A stretch of 64,000 nucleotides of DNA from Limnothrix sp. BL-A-16 (GTDB lineage: Bacteria > Cyanobacteriota > Cyanobacteriia > CACIAM-69d). Shown here piece after piece: positions 10,757 through 21,448 of the stretch. The notes beneath the pieces are model-generated. The model was not told the origin of the DNA and did not search any database. It saw only the letters and a list, made by a program, of their open reading frames with translations. The position numbers and the translations under genes were made by a program. The stretch covers positions 192,001-256,000 of the forward strand of contig CP166615.1 in assembly GCA_041937175.2 (NCBI GenBank), given 5' to 3'. How positions within the stretch are numbered: the stretch's first letter is position 1; each line of letters begins with the position of its first letter.

Positions 10757-11665
10757 TTAGCCGACTTTCACCGTAGTCCGTTGCCGACGGCTGGCCACCG
10801 CAGCGCCCACAGCCGCCAAACCCAACAGGGAAATCGGTTCCGGCGTGGATGCTTCCTTCTTCGGAGCCAAATTGCCCCGCACAGCCATCCCATCGTTCAG
10901 GCATTCTGCGAAAACGTGGGCCACAAAGTCACCCACCATCCCTTCGCCCCGGGTGAACTTAAAGCCAAATGTCTGGCGAGTTGCGCCACCCGCATCGCTT
11001 TGGACCGGCGTTGCACCACCCAGCGCACCATTCAGGTTAAAGCCCAAAGCCGACAAGGCCGCGCCATCAAGTGCTTCAAACACTGACCCTACCACCTGTT
11101 GTCCTTGGGTAATCACACCCAAAGAAGCGTCTTTGAAGTAGGTCTTGGCTTCCGCATCGGTCAGCTCACCCGCACTGGGCAAACCACCGCGATCGCTCAC
11201 ATGCTTCGACTGCTCGGCGTAGGAACCGAACCCTTGGTTACTCGTACCAACGTTTTTGCCCGAAACGGCACTGTACAGACCCAAAGGTGTCACCGCTGCG
11301 TCATTATTGCTAGCGAAGCGCACCCCAAACAGGCTGCCTTGAGCGTTCAGCAGCGGGTTACCGGTGAAGTTAAAGAACAAGTCGCCCCAGGCGATCGAAC
11401 CGTTGGTGACTCCGCCGGTTGCCATCCCCGTCAGCGGCAGGCGGGCATCAATTCCCACATAGATGGTCTCGCCATCTTGCTTGATCCCCAGACCATACAT
11501 TTCAAACAGGCCGCCGACGTTGCCGTTGCTCACGCCATCTTTGAAGGAGTCGATCCCATAATTCCAGCCGTTATAGACCGTGCCTGCGCTGGCTGCTTGT
11601 AGTCCCATTCCGAAAGTGCAGAGGGTGGCAGTGGCAACACCGGCAAAGATTTGCTGAATTTTCAT
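10757..11665 (-). CDS. PEP-CTERM exosortase-sorted surface protein (paralogue 1)
   Basis: Signal peptide ending ASA, GWNYGIDSFKDG domain, C-terminal TPEP + hydrophobic helix + RRQR. Confidence 0.85.
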   Translation of the reverse strand: MKIQQIFAGVATATLCTFGMGLQAASAGTVYNGWNYGIDSFKDGVSNGNVGGLFEMYGLGIKQDGETIYVGIDARLPLTGMATGGVTNGSIAWGDLFFNFTGNPLLNAQGSLFGVRFASNNDAAVTPLGLYSAVSGKNVGTSNQGFGSYAEQSKHVSDRGGLPSAGELTDAEAKTYFKDASLGVITQGQQVVGSVFEALDGAALSALGFNLNGALGGATPVQSDAGGATRQTFGFKFTRGEGMVGDFVAHVFAECLNDGMAVRGNLAPKKEASTPEPISLLGLAAVGAAVASRRQRTTVKVG

Positions 11666-11789
11666 GGTCTTTAACGCTCCCAAAAGACGTTGTAGTGGAG
11701 TGAAATGCGGTTAATCATCCTGCTCAACTGAATTTTGAGCCTGCTTTTTGCTGGTTGGATGGTCAACATCGGATGTGCTTGTTATGTTC

Positions 11790-11867
11790 ATTAAAGTCAT
11801 AACTTCCGGAAAAAATTTTAAAGATTCTGTGAATTCAACTTTTACTTAATGAAGCTGCGATGAAAAG
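11790..11867 (-). promoter_or_regulatory. Conserved upstream element of PEP-CTERM paralogue 1
   Basis: ATTAAAG, AAGATT and ATGAAGCT blocks with spacing identical to 13095-13170. Confidence 0.5.
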
Positions 11868-11956
11868 TTCCGTTTAGCTATCGGACCGTTCCTCAATTCC
11901 CTGCGGGATCAAAATTTTAATGATTTTTCAAGAACGCCAAACTCTCAGCTCAAAAC

Positions 11957-12010
11957 AACTGGGGCGATGAGCTGGCTTTTGGGAAACTGCCGCTCGATCG
12001 CCCCGAGTTG
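11957..12010 (-). terminator. Hairpin downstream of PEP-CTERM paralogue 2
   Basis: CAACTGGGGCGATGAGC ... GCTCGATCGCCCCGAGTTG imperfect stem. Confidence 0.4.
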
Positions 12011-12096
12011 ATGGATTGCTGAATTTCGTCGGGTATGGCTCAGGCGAAAACTCAGCCAAGGTTGCCAAGATCAGCCAGTTAAATCAGCCGGTTCAA

Positions 12097-12996
12097 TTAA
12101 CCAACCTTCGCCGCACGGTAGCGACGAGTGGCCACCGCAGCGCCCACAGCCGCCAGACCCAACAGGGAAACGGGTTCCGGCGTGGGTTCCGGCTTCGGTG
12201 CAAAGTTGCCCCGCACAGCCATCCCATCGTTCAAACATTCTGCGAAGACGTGGGCCACAAAGTCACCCACCATCCCTTCGCCCCGGGTGAACTTAAAGCC
12301 AAAGGTTTGCCGTTTTGCACCGTTGGCATTGCTTTCCGGGGGCTTGGCACCATTCAACGCGCCATTCAGGTTAAAGCCCAAGGCCGACAGGGTGGCGCTG
12401 TCGAGGGATTCAAACACCGATTCCACCACCTGTTGTCCTTTGCTGATCACGTTCAGCGATGCGTCTTTGAAATAAACCTTGGCTTCCGCGTCGGTCAGTT
12501 CGCCCATGCCAGCGATGCCCTTAGCACCGGTCACGTATTTTGACTGATCCGCATAGGATGCAAACCCACGGTTTTGGCTGGCAACGTTCTTGCCGCTGAC
12601 TTGGCTGTAAAGACCCAAAGGCTTCACCGTTGAATCGTTGGTGCTGGCGAAGCGAACGCCGAACAGATTTCCTTGGGCATTCAGCAGCGGGTTGCCACTG
12701 AAGTTAAAGAACATGTCGCCCCAGGTGATGGACTTGTTGAGTGCGCCGTTATCGAGCTGACCGGTAATGGGTAACCGTGCATCGATACCGACGTAGATGG
12801 TTTCGCCGTCTTGCTTAATTCCGAAGCCATACATTTCAAACATTCCACCCAAAGAGCCGCTCACGCCGTCTTTGAAGGAATCAATGCCGTAATTCCAGCC
12901 GTTGTAAACCGTGCCTGCATGGGCTGCTTGCAAACCAACGCCTAGGGTGCAGAGGGTGGCGGTTGCGATGCTGGCTAAAAGTTGTTGAGGTTTCAT
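12097..12996 (-). CDS. PEP-CTERM exosortase-sorted surface protein (paralogue 2)
   Basis: Colinear with 10757-11665; signal peptide ending AHA; C-terminal TPEPVSLLGLAAVGAAVATRRYR. Confidence 0.85.
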   Translation of the reverse strand: MKPQQLLASIATATLCTLGVGLQAAHAGTVYNGWNYGIDSFKDGVSGSLGGMFEMYGFGIKQDGETIYVGIDARLPITGQLDNGALNKSITWGDMFFNFSGNPLLNAQGNLFGVRFASTNDSTVKPLGLYSQVSGKNVASQNRGFASYADQSKYVTGAKGIAGMGELTDAEAKVYFKDASLNVISKGQQVVESVFESLDSATLSALGFNLNGALNGAKPPESNANGAKRQTFGFKFTRGEGMVGDFVAHVFAECLNDGMAVRGNFAPKPEPTPEPVSLLGLAAVGAAVATRRYRAAKVG

Positions 12997-13094
12997 GGGG
13001 TCTCACTCCTAAGAAGCGGTTGATGAAGCGGCGTTGATTTATTGAGGTTGCACCCTGGTTACTGGCTGGGTAACTTTTTCATCAATCTAGTTTT

Positions 13095-13170
13095 ATTAAA
13101 GAGGTAATCTCTTGGTTTGACGTTGAAGATTAAATGAATTGCGGCTGTTCTTGATGAAGCTACGATAAAA
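13095..13170 (-). promoter_or_regulatory. Conserved upstream element of PEP-CTERM paralogue 2
   Basis: Same blocks and spacing as 11790-11867. Confidence 0.5.
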
Positions 13171-13651
13171 ACTCGCAAACCCTTGAAAAACAAGGAATTT
13201 GGCAGGAGCACGCTAAATAATTAAAGATTTGAAGAAGCGGTGTAAAAAATGCAACTTCTTCTGGAAAAGCTAAGGTTAGGATAATTCTGGAATGATTCAT
13301 TTTGTGATAATGAATAAGCTTCAAAGAGGTTTATTGAGACAAATTACTAATATAGAACCATTCGAGCTATTGTGATGAATTATAAAAGCCAGTCAATGGC
13401 CAGGATTATTGCTCTAAATTGCAAAGAAATTCCTAGGATAATTTTAAACTTGTAAAGATAATTATTCTTGGAATGATTCGGAATTTTTATTACATCACTC
13501 TTGCAAATTGACGAATGGAAAAAATTGACTAGATTTTATTAAATTTAAATAGCTTTTGCCGGATGTGGAGACTGGAGATAGAAAAACGGTGGTTTTGTCT
13601 TGACGTTGGGGGCTGGAATCTCGGTATTTTAAGCTCGACGCGATCGAAGGG

Positions 13652-14770
13652 ATGGGGTCTGTGCAGCGAGTTGTTTTGTGTGGCTACTACGGCCAAGGGA
13701 ATGGGGGCGATGAGGCGTTGTTGGCGACGCTGTTGCAATTGCTGCCGATCGGGGTGGAGCCGCTGGTGCTGTCGGGGAACCCTGTGGAAACCCGCGATCG
13801 CTATGGGGTGATGGCGGTGGATCGGATGGATCGATCGGCCCTCTGGGGTGCGTTGCGATCGAGTCAGGCGCTGGTTTGGGGCGGTGGCAGCCTGATGCAA
13901 GATGCCACCAGTTGGGCTAGCCCGCTCTATTACGCGGGGTTGATGGGGGCGGCGCGCCATTGGGGACTGCGGCGGGTGGCTTGGGCCCAGGGAATTGGCC
14001 CGTTGCGGCGTGGATGGGTGAAGGGCATTGCGCGATCGACCTTTCGGGCTTGCGATGGGGTGACGGTGCGCGATCGAGAGTCGGCCCAGTTGCTCAAAAC
14101 CTGGCAAGTCAAGGGATTTGAATTAGCCCCGGATCCGGTTTGGGCCTTGGCTGGCGTGCCGGTGCCGGAGGCTGCGCCGGGCCCCAAGGTGGCGGTGGCC
14201 CTGCGATCGCACCCCAGCCTCACGCCCGATCGCCTGGAAAAATTAGCCCTGGCGCTTGATCGCTTCCAGAGCCAAACCGGTGCTCTGATTGTGTTTGTGC
14301 CCTTCCAGCCGGTCTCCGATGGCGCAATTGCCCAGCGCCTGGCCCAACATCTCGGGCCCGAGCGATCGTGCATTGTTAGCTATAGCGATCCCCGAGAACT
14401 GAAAGGTTTGTTTCAGCAAATGACCCTCACGATCGGGATGCGGCTCCATGCCTTAATCATGGCGGCGGCCGAGGGGTCTCGCTGTTGGGGTCTCAGCTAT
14501 GACCCTAAGGTGCGGGTGTTGCTGGAGTCGGTGGGTGCACCGGGGTGGACTCTCTGCGACGAATCGATCGAGGGCATTGAAGTGAACACGAAAGTTGGCG
14601 CAACACCACAATCATCGCTTGCATCCTTGCCGACGAATCCCGAAGCGATCGCCGCTGCTTGGCTGGCGGCCTATGAACAACCCAACCCGATCGCCCCGGC
14701 TCAGGTGGCTCAGTTGCGCGATCGGGCCCAACTCCACGGGCTAATGTTGGCCCGCGTTCTGCGCGATTAG
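13652..14770 (+). CDS. csaB: Polysaccharide pyruvyl transferase CsaB
   Basis: CGYYGQGNGGDEALL, WGGGSLMQD, WAQGIGPL, VTVRD, IGMRLHALI, SYDPKV. Confidence 0.9.
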   Translation: MGSVQRVVLCGYYGQGNGGDEALLATLLQLLPIGVEPLVLSGNPVETRDRYGVMAVDRMDRSALWGALRSSQALVWGGGSLMQDATSWASPLYYAGLMGAARHWGLRRVAWAQGIGPLRRGWVKGIARSTFRACDGVTVRDRESAQLLKTWQVKGFELAPDPVWALAGVPVPEAAPGPKVAVALRSHPSLTPDRLEKLALALDRFQSQTGALIVFVPFQPVSDGAIAQRLAQHLGPERSCIVSYSDPRELKGLFQQMTLTIGMRLHALIMAAAEGSRCWGLSYDPKVRVLLESVGAPGWTLCDESIEGIEVNTKVGATPQSSLASLPTNPEAIAAAWLAAYEQPNPIAPAQVAQLRDRAQLHGLMLARVLRD

Positions 14771-14856
14771 TTAATTTCTGAATAGTTAATTTGCAAGTGT
14801 CTTTGCAAGTTTTTGCTGGATTGCTGGTTGGCAAGAAACTCGCCAGGGATGGGCCA

Positions 14857-16527
14857 TTAACTGGCGCTGATTTTGAGTTCGCAAACGCCTGGACAAACTT
14901 CTTTGCATCTGTCTGGATCGGTCGCTTGACCGGTGTCTTGATCGATTTCGTTGCCCACTTCCTCGCAACTTTCGCAGACAGCCCGGGACAGGGCCGCAAC
15001 CCGAAACTGATTGCGGCCGGCATATTTTGCTTGATAAAGAGCCTGATCAGCCCAGCGCAATAGCTCATCAGGGGAACTGTCGGGCAAATGGGGCGAGGCG
15101 ATCGCAAAACCCATGCTCAGGGTGATGTGCTCGCTGACGGAGGATTGGGGATGATCCAGGGCTAACCGGGCGATCGCCTGTTGGATCGTTTGGGCGATCG
15201 CCTTGACCTGCTCTAAGTTAGTGTCCGAAAAAACGATCGCAAACTCCTCGCCCCCATAACGGGCCACCAAGTTGGCTGATTCTGAGACCGCGTGGCTCAA
15301 GGCTCGGGCCACCTGCACCAAACATTCATCTCCCGCTTGGTGGCCATAGGCATCGTTGTATTGCTTGAAGTGATCCACATCGCACAGCCCCACCCCAATC
15401 AGGCAGCGATTTTGGGCTAGGCGTTGCCACTCGCGCAACAGGTAGTGATCAAAGCAGCGGCGGTTGGGGATTTGCGTCAGCCCATCCAGCTTGGCCAACA
15501 CTTCCAGTTGCAGGTTGGCCCGTCGTAATTCCAGTTCCGCTTTTTTGCGCTGAAGCAAAACCCCCATTTGAGCCGCGACGGCTCCCATGAGCTTAATCAG
15601 GCGACCATCACAGGGCATGGCCACGCGGTGAAACAAACAGAGCACCGCCAAAATTTGCCCATTGGCAATGATCGGCACGCTCAAGTTGGTGCGTAGCCCC
15701 GCCCGCAGCACCAGTTCTTGTCGCACAAAAAAGGCATCTTGAATTTTGGTGGCATCCTCAATCCAGAGGGGGCGGCCCGTTTGCCATACACGACCCACCA
15801 CGCCGCGATCGCGCTCAAAGACGAAGGATTGGCTCGCGTCATCAAATTCGCTGAGGGCCAGGTCTGAGATGGCATAGTGCGATCGCGTCATCGCCAGGTG
15901 GTTGCGGTTGGGGTCGGGCATCCAAATTTCGCCATAGTCCCACCCGATCGTGTGATAAACACAGTCCAGCACCGCATGGAATGCCCCTTCAATCTCCGTG
16001 GCTTCCGTAATTGCCTGGGTCAAGGCCAACAAAAGCTGCATCTCCATCTCAACGCGATGGTAGTCCCGCATATCCCGCTGGAGCTGTTGGATTTGTGTTT
16101 GCAGTTCTGTGCGTTGTCGCTGAAGGATGAGTTGTCGCTCTAGCCGAATGATCGCCTCGTGCAAGTGGAGTGGACATTCCAAATAGTCCGCACCACCTAG
16201 CCGAAAGAGCGCAATTCGCTGCTCGGGTTGGCTCATTTGCCCGATCGCCACCCAAGGACAGCCCAGGCTACCCAAGCGCTGGAGCGAGGGGCCCCAAATT
16301 CCCGTGGTTAGGTCGGGCCAAAGGCCGGGCCCAATCACTAACAGATCCAAGGGTTGGAACTGGGGATGTTGCGAACCGTTGTGTAAAACGCTGGACAGGG
16401 CTAATTGTCCGGTCTGGAACCTCACCTGATAGCCTCGGTGGGTCAGGGTTTGGCACAGCTCCCGGAGGGGTTCCGGATGCTCATCAACAATCCAAATTTC
16501 CGCCGACAGCCCAGAACAAAACGACAT
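14857..16527 (-). CDS. Diguanylate cyclase (pseudo-receiver + GAF + GGDEF)
   Basis: DGLTQIPNRR, DVDHFKQYNDAYGHQAGD, ARYGGEEF; GAF segment with GVVGRVWQTGRP. Confidence 0.88.
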   Translation of the reverse strand: MSFCSGLSAEIWIVDEHPEPLRELCQTLTHRGYQVRFQTGQLALSSVLHNGSQHPQFQPLDLLVIGPGLWPDLTTGIWGPSLQRLGSLGCPWVAIGQMSQPEQRIALFRLGGADYLECPLHLHEAIIRLERQLILQRQRTELQTQIQQLQRDMRDYHRVEMEMQLLLALTQAITEATEIEGAFHAVLDCVYHTIGWDYGEIWMPDPNRNHLAMTRSHYAISDLALSEFDDASQSFVFERDRGVVGRVWQTGRPLWIEDATKIQDAFFVRQELVLRAGLRTNLSVPIIANGQILAVLCLFHRVAMPCDGRLIKLMGAVAAQMGVLLQRKKAELELRRANLQLEVLAKLDGLTQIPNRRCFDHYLLREWQRLAQNRCLIGVGLCDVDHFKQYNDAYGHQAGDECLVQVARALSHAVSESANLVARYGGEEFAIVFSDTNLEQVKAIAQTIQQAIARLALDHPQSSVSEHITLSMGFAIASPHLPDSSPDELLRWADQALYQAKYAGRNQFRVAALSRAVCESCEEVGNEIDQDTGQATDPDRCKEVCPGVCELKISAS

Positions 16528-16977
16528 TGGCTCATTACAACGGTGGGTTGAGGAAGGCAGAATCGGGAAATTGCAACAAAATATGGAGAAAACTCAGCAG
16601 GCCAAGTGATCCTCTGAGTTCAAACAAAATCTCGAAAACTGAGTGAAACGCCGAAAAAACCGAAAAAACCCTGAGCCAGCTCCAAGAAAATTCCGAGCAA
16701 ACGCCGAAAATCTCCCAAAAAAGTGCCTAAAATCCTGGGTTGAAGCGATGCGCCTGTTAACTAAGAAAGGGCGATCGCCCGGCGGATCTTCAAAATAGCA
16801 ATTCATCCCGATGAGTCACCCAACGGCTTGATCCATCGGGATTAATGTTGGGATTGATCAGGAATCGACGAAAATCGATCCGCTGAAGTTCTAAGATAAC
16901 CGTCTCTTTGGCTGTTGGGCCTTCAGGGTATGTCTGGAAAGCGCAATCTGAAAGACCCAACCTAATTGAGTCCCGCT

Positions 16978-17343
16978 TCAGGATTCAGGTTCCAGTCCCA
17001 AAATGCCAAAGAGGCTGTGCAAGCCACTGGAGGCGATCGCGAGGACGATCGAACCAATCAGGGCGGGAATGAAGCCCTCGATCGCAAAACCAGTGGGGCT
17101 GAAATAGGCCACCAGCATTAGGCAAAAGGCATTAATCACCAAGGAAAAGAGGCCCAAGGACAGAATGTTCAGCGGCAAGGTGAACAAGAACAGAATGGGG
17201 CGCACGGTGGCGTTAATTAGCCCAAAAATCAGAGCGGCGATCGCGGCGGTGGTCCAGCCTGCCAAATGAATGCCGGGGACGAGTTGTGCCGTCAGGGCCA
17301 GGGCCAGGGCCGAAATGATCCAAGTGATGATGAAGCGTTGCAT
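16978..17343 (-). CDS. 4-TM phage-holin-family (YvlD-like) membrane protein
   Basis: GLINATVRPIL...TLPLNILSLGLFSLVINA motif. Confidence 0.85.
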   Translation of the reverse strand: MQRFIITWIISALALALTAQLVPGIHLAGWTTAAIAALIFGLINATVRPILFLFTLPLNILSLGLFSLVINAFCLMLVAYFSPTGFAIEGFIPALIGSIVLAIASSGLHSLFGILGLEPES

Positions 17344-17537
17344 GATGTGAGTTTTAACTCCTCTGCGGTCTCCGGGGCGACCCTGAGCGAGGCCATGGCA
17401 GCACTGGCGGGGCGATCGGGGCCGGCCGTTTGTGCTTCCATCCTAGTGGCTTGGTTGGCGTTGGTGAGCGTTGGGATTGGTCGCAAAGACCGCTAATCTA
17501 ATAGGGAGAATCCCGCCATGGGCAGGGCCTGGAAGCC

Positions 17538-18182
17538 ATGATTGTTCTGAACAAATTGCCGATCGTCCCGTCGATCGCTCGGTTGGTTCCCGCTGGGCTG
17601 CGGGCCAAGATCGGTGTCGCTGTCGGCTCACCAGCGGCGACCAAACCGGATGGTCGGAGGCAATTGGGCGGGCGGGGTCTGGGCCTGTGGGCGGTGGTGT
17701 TGTTGATTGGGACTTGGGTGATAGGCTTAGCGATCGCCCCGTCCGCGGCCTGGGCCCAATTTAAGGAATATGCGCCGCCCGTGTCCTACAGCAATGCGGA
17801 ATTGTCTGGGCAAGATTTTTCCAATCAACGGTTGCAATCGGCGGAATTTTCCAACGCCAACCTAACGGATGTGACCTTTGAAAATGCGGAAATGCCCGGT
17901 GCATCCTTTAGTGGATCCTTCCTCAAAGACACGAACTTGCACGGAGTCGATTTAACCAATGCCTTCATGGATTCCGTGAAGTTCATTGGTACCGATTTGA
18001 GCGATGCCATTTTGGTTGAAGCCATTTTGTTGGGATCCAGTTTTCAGGATGTGAATATTGAGGGGGCCGATTTTGAGCTGGCCCTGTTGGATGGGGCACA
18101 GGTAAAACAGCTCTGCGCGATCGCCCGGGGGACGAATCCTCGCACGGGCATCGACACCAAAGAATCGCTCGGTTGTCCTTGA
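17538..18182 (+). CDS. Pentapeptide-repeat protein, probably exported or lumenal
   Basis: Hydrophobic helix ending AWA, A(D/N)LXX repeats, C-terminal LC...GTNPRTGIDTKESLGC; start uncertain. Confidence 0.85.
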   Translation: MIVLNKLPIVPSIARLVPAGLRAKIGVAVGSPAATKPDGRRQLGGRGLGLWAVVLLIGTWVIGLAIAPSAAWAQFKEYAPPVSYSNAELSGQDFSNQRLQSAEFSNANLTDVTFENAEMPGASFSGSFLKDTNLHGVDLTNAFMDSVKFIGTDLSDAILVEAILLGSSFQDVNIEGADFELALLDGAQVKQLCAIARGTNPRTGIDTKESLGCP

Positions 18183-18229
18183 AGGATTGCTGAAGTGCCT
18201 GATCGATATGTTCCCTTGGGAGTAGAAAA

Positions 18230-19435
18230 ATGACCCTCGTAGAGGTTGCAGCAGCGGCGGAACCAATCCAGCGGCCGGTGCGGACAATTGGTGTGATTGG
18301 CGGTGGCCAATTGGCTTGGATGATGGCGGAAGCGGCCCCAAAGTTGGGCTTGTCGCTGGTGGTGCAAACTCCGAAATTGGATGATCCGGCAGTGGCACGG
18401 GTGGGATCGGCGGCGGTTGTGCAAGGGGCGGTGGGAGATGCGGCCGTGACGCGCCAATTGCTCGATCGGGTGGATTTGGTCACCTTTGAAAACGAGTTTG
18501 TGGACTTGGCGGCGTTGGGGGAATTGGCCCGATCGGGAGCCTGTTTTCGCCCCAGCCTCAACAGTTTGGAACCCTTGCTGGATAAGTATGATCAGCGCTG
18601 TTTTTTACAGCAAATTGGCTTGCCGGTTCCGGCCTTTGCGGCCATTACCGATCGGGCGCAGGCGATGCAGATCGATCGCTGGGAAAACGGCCAGCCCTTA
18701 ACCTTTCCGGCCGTGCTGAAAACCCGTCGCCATGGCTATGACGGCCAAGGCACGCGGGTGGTGGCCGATCGGGCAGAACTGCTGGCGGTTGGGGATCAGT
18801 GGCGATGGCAGCCGTTAATTTTGGAAGCCTTTGTGCCCTTTGAGCGAGAATTGGCGGCCGTTGCAGCCCGATCGGTCACGGGTGAGGTGGCCATTTACCC
18901 GATCGTGGAAACCCAGCAGGTGAACCAGGTTTGTCGGCGGGTAGTTGCGCCGGCCCCCATTCCGCCAACCGTGGCCACCCACTGCCAGGAAATTGCCCAT
19001 CGCCTGTTATCGCAAATTGGGGCGATCGGGATTTTTGGAATTGAGCTGTTTGTGACCGCCGAGGGTCAGGTATCGGTGAATGAAGTGGCTCCCCGCACCC
19101 ACAATTCCGGCCACTTCTCGATCGATGCCTGTCACACCTCCCAATTCGAGCAGCATTTGCGGGCCGTGGCGGGGTTGCCCCTTGGGCCCGTGGAGTTGCA
19201 CTGTGCCTGTGCGGCGATGGTGAATTTGTTGGGTTTTGAGGTGGCCACCAGTGACTATCGGGAGCGGCGCGATCGTTTGGCAACGGTTCCCCGCAGCCGC
19301 GTGCATTGGTATGGCAAAACCAGCGCCACCCCGGGCCGCAAGCTTGGCCATGTGACTGTGTTGGCGGATAACCTCGCGGAATTGCAACGGGCGATCGATC
19401 GCCTGGAATCAATTTGGTATGGATCAGACCATTAA
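18230..19435 (+). CDS. purK: N5-carboxyaminoimidazole ribonucleotide synthase
   Basis: IGGGQLAWM, TFENEF, GYDGQG, NEVAPRTHNSGH, YGK...RKLGHVT. Confidence 0.95.
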   Translation: MTLVEVAAAAEPIQRPVRTIGVIGGGQLAWMMAEAAPKLGLSLVVQTPKLDDPAVARVGSAAVVQGAVGDAAVTRQLLDRVDLVTFENEFVDLAALGELARSGACFRPSLNSLEPLLDKYDQRCFLQQIGLPVPAFAAITDRAQAMQIDRWENGQPLTFPAVLKTRRHGYDGQGTRVVADRAELLAVGDQWRWQPLILEAFVPFERELAAVAARSVTGEVAIYPIVETQQVNQVCRRVVAPAPIPPTVATHCQEIAHRLLSQIGAIGIFGIELFVTAEGQVSVNEVAPRTHNSGHFSIDACHTSQFEQHLRAVAGLPLGPVELHCACAAMVNLLGFEVATSDYRERRDRLATVPRSRVHWYGKTSATPGRKLGHVTVLADNLAELQRAIDRLESIWYGSDH

Positions 19436-19444
19436 GCAACCCGC

Positions 19445-21448
19445 TTAATGCCGTTGTCCCAACAGTCGATCGCGCAAATGCTTGATTCGATCGCGATATT
19501 TGGCGGCCTCTTCAAACTCCAAATTCTTGGCCGCCTCCTTCATTTGGGCCTCCAACTTTTCAATCAACATCGGCACATCATCCAAGGACAAATCCGCCGA
19601 ATGTTCGTAGGCTTGCTCCAAATCCTTGGCACTGAGTCGCCGGGACAAATCCAGGAATTCCAGAATTGAATTACCGGATTTCTTGACGATCGGTTGGGGC
19701 GTAATGCCGTGTTTTTGGTTGTAGGCGATTTGAATGTTGCGTCGCCGCTCCGTTTCGGAAATCGCCTTGTCCATGCTGTCCGTCAGCCGATCGGCATAAA
19801 GAATCGCTTGGCCTCGCACATGACGCGCCGCCCGGCCAATGGTTTGAATCAGCGATCGCTCGGCCCGCAAAAACCCTTCCTTGTCCGCATCCAAAATAGC
19901 GACCAGGGAAACTTCCGGTAGATCCAACCCTTCCCGCAACAAATTCACCCCAATTAACACATCAAACTTACCCGCTCGCAAAGCTTGCAAAATTTCGATG
20001 CGTTCGATCGACTGAATTTCCGAATGGAGATATTGCACCCGCACCCTGCGCTCTTGGAAATATTCCGCCAAATCCTCCGCCATCCGCTTGGTTAGGGTGG
20101 TGATCAGGGTGCGTTCTTGGCGATCGACCCGCTGGACAATTTCCGCCAACAAATCATCCACCTGCCCTTCCGTCGGCCGCACAAAAATCTCCGGATCAAT
20201 CACGCCCGTGGGGCGAATGACTTGCTCCACAATTTGTCCTTGGGAAATTTCCAATTCCCAATCTCCCGGCGTGGCAGAAACAAAGATGCATTGATTCACC
20301 TTGTTCCAAAATTCTTCGGCCTTGAGGGGGCGATTGTCGGCCGCACTGGGCAAGCGAAACCCATGATCAATCAGCACTTTCTTACGAGCCTGATCACCGT
20401 TATACATTCCCCTTAGTTGGGGAACGGTCACATGGGACTCATCAATAATCAACAACCAATCTTCGGGAAAATAATCAATTAAGCATTCAGGCGGTTCGCC
20501 CGCTTGCCGCCCGGCTAAGTGACGTGAATAGTTTTCTACGCCGTTGCAGTAGCCCACCTGTGCCAGCATTTCCAAATCGTATCGCGTGCGTTGGTCAATC
20601 CGTTGGGCTTCTAGGAGTTTTCCTTCCGCCTCTAAGGCAACTTTTTGCGCAGCCAATTCCTGGGTAATGGCTTGAATCGCTTCTTCCAGACGATCCTCGG
20701 GGGTCACAAAGTGGCGAGCGGGATAAAGATTCACCGCTTCTAGGCTTTGCAAAATTTCCCCGGTCAAGGGATCAACATAGCGAATCGCTTCCACTTCATC
20801 GCCAAAGAACTCAATCCGAATAATTCGATCTTCATAGGCGGGGCCAATTTCTAGCACATCGCCCTTGACACGGAATTTTCCTCGGCCAATTTCCACATCA
20901 TTTCGTTCATATTGCACCGAGGCCAAATCTCGCAACGTTTGCCGCAAATTTAATTCATGGCCCACCCGAAAGGGAATGGCCGCATTTAAATATTCCGTGG
21001 GAATTCCCAACCCGTAAATGCAGCTAATGGAGGCAACCACAATCACATCCCGTCGTTCAAAGAGCGATCGGGTGGCTGAGTGCCGCAACATGTCAATTTC
21101 TTCGTTAATGGAAGCGGTTTTTTGAATGTAAGTATCGGTGACGGGAATATAGGCTTCCGGTTGGTAATAGTCGTAGTAGGAAATGAAATATTCAACGGCA
21201 TTATTTGGGAAAAATTCCCGCAATTCGTTGCACAACTGGGCCGCGAGGGTTTTGTTGTGGGCCAAAACCAGGGCCGGGCGATCGAGCTGGGCAATGGTGC
21301 TGGCGATGGTGAAGGTTTTGCCGGTACCGGTGGCCCCCAGCAGGGTTTGGTATCGCTGACCCGATCGCACGGTTTCCACCAAACGGGCGATCGCCTTCGG
21401 TTGGTCACCCGTGGGTTCAAACGGTGCTTGCAGTTCAAAGGTGGTCAT
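19445..21448 (-). CDS. uvrB: Excinuclease ABC subunit B
   Basis: [40 protein letters not shown]-terminal UVR coil. Confidence 0.97.
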   Translation of the reverse strand: MTTFELQAPFEPTGDQPKAIARLVETVRSGQRYQTLLGATGTGKTFTIASTIAQLDRPALVLAHNKTLAAQLCNELREFFPNNAVEYFISYYDYYQPEAYIPVTDTYIQKTASINEEIDMLRHSATRSLFERRDVIVVASISCIYGLGIPTEYLNAAIPFRVGHELNLRQTLRDLASVQYERNDVEIGRGKFRVKGDVLEIGPAYEDRIIRIEFFGDEVEAIRYVDPLTGEILQSLEAVNLYPARHFVTPEDRLEEAIQAITQELAAQKVALEAEGKLLEAQRIDQRTRYDLEMLAQVGYCNGVENYSRHLAGRQAGEPPECLIDYFPEDWLLIIDESHVTVPQLRGMYNGDQARKKVLIDHGFRLPSAADNRPLKAEEFWNKVNQCIFVSATPGDWELEISQGQIVEQVIRPTGVIDPEIFVRPTEGQVDDLLAEIVQRVDRQERTLITTLTKRMAEDLAEYFQERRVRVQYLHSEIQSIERIEILQALRAGKFDVLIGVNLLREGLDLPEVSLVAILDADKEGFLRAERSLIQTIGRAARHVRGQAILYADRLTDSMDKAISETERRRNIQIAYNQKHGITPQPIVKKSGNSILEFLDLSRRLSAKDLEQAYEHSADLSLDDVPMLIEKLEAQMKEAAKNLEFEEAAKYRDRIKHLRDRLLGQRH

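Noticed and set aside
16978..17343. Prophage inferred from the holin-family gene
   Set aside because: This family is commonly chromosomal and there are no phage genes nearby.
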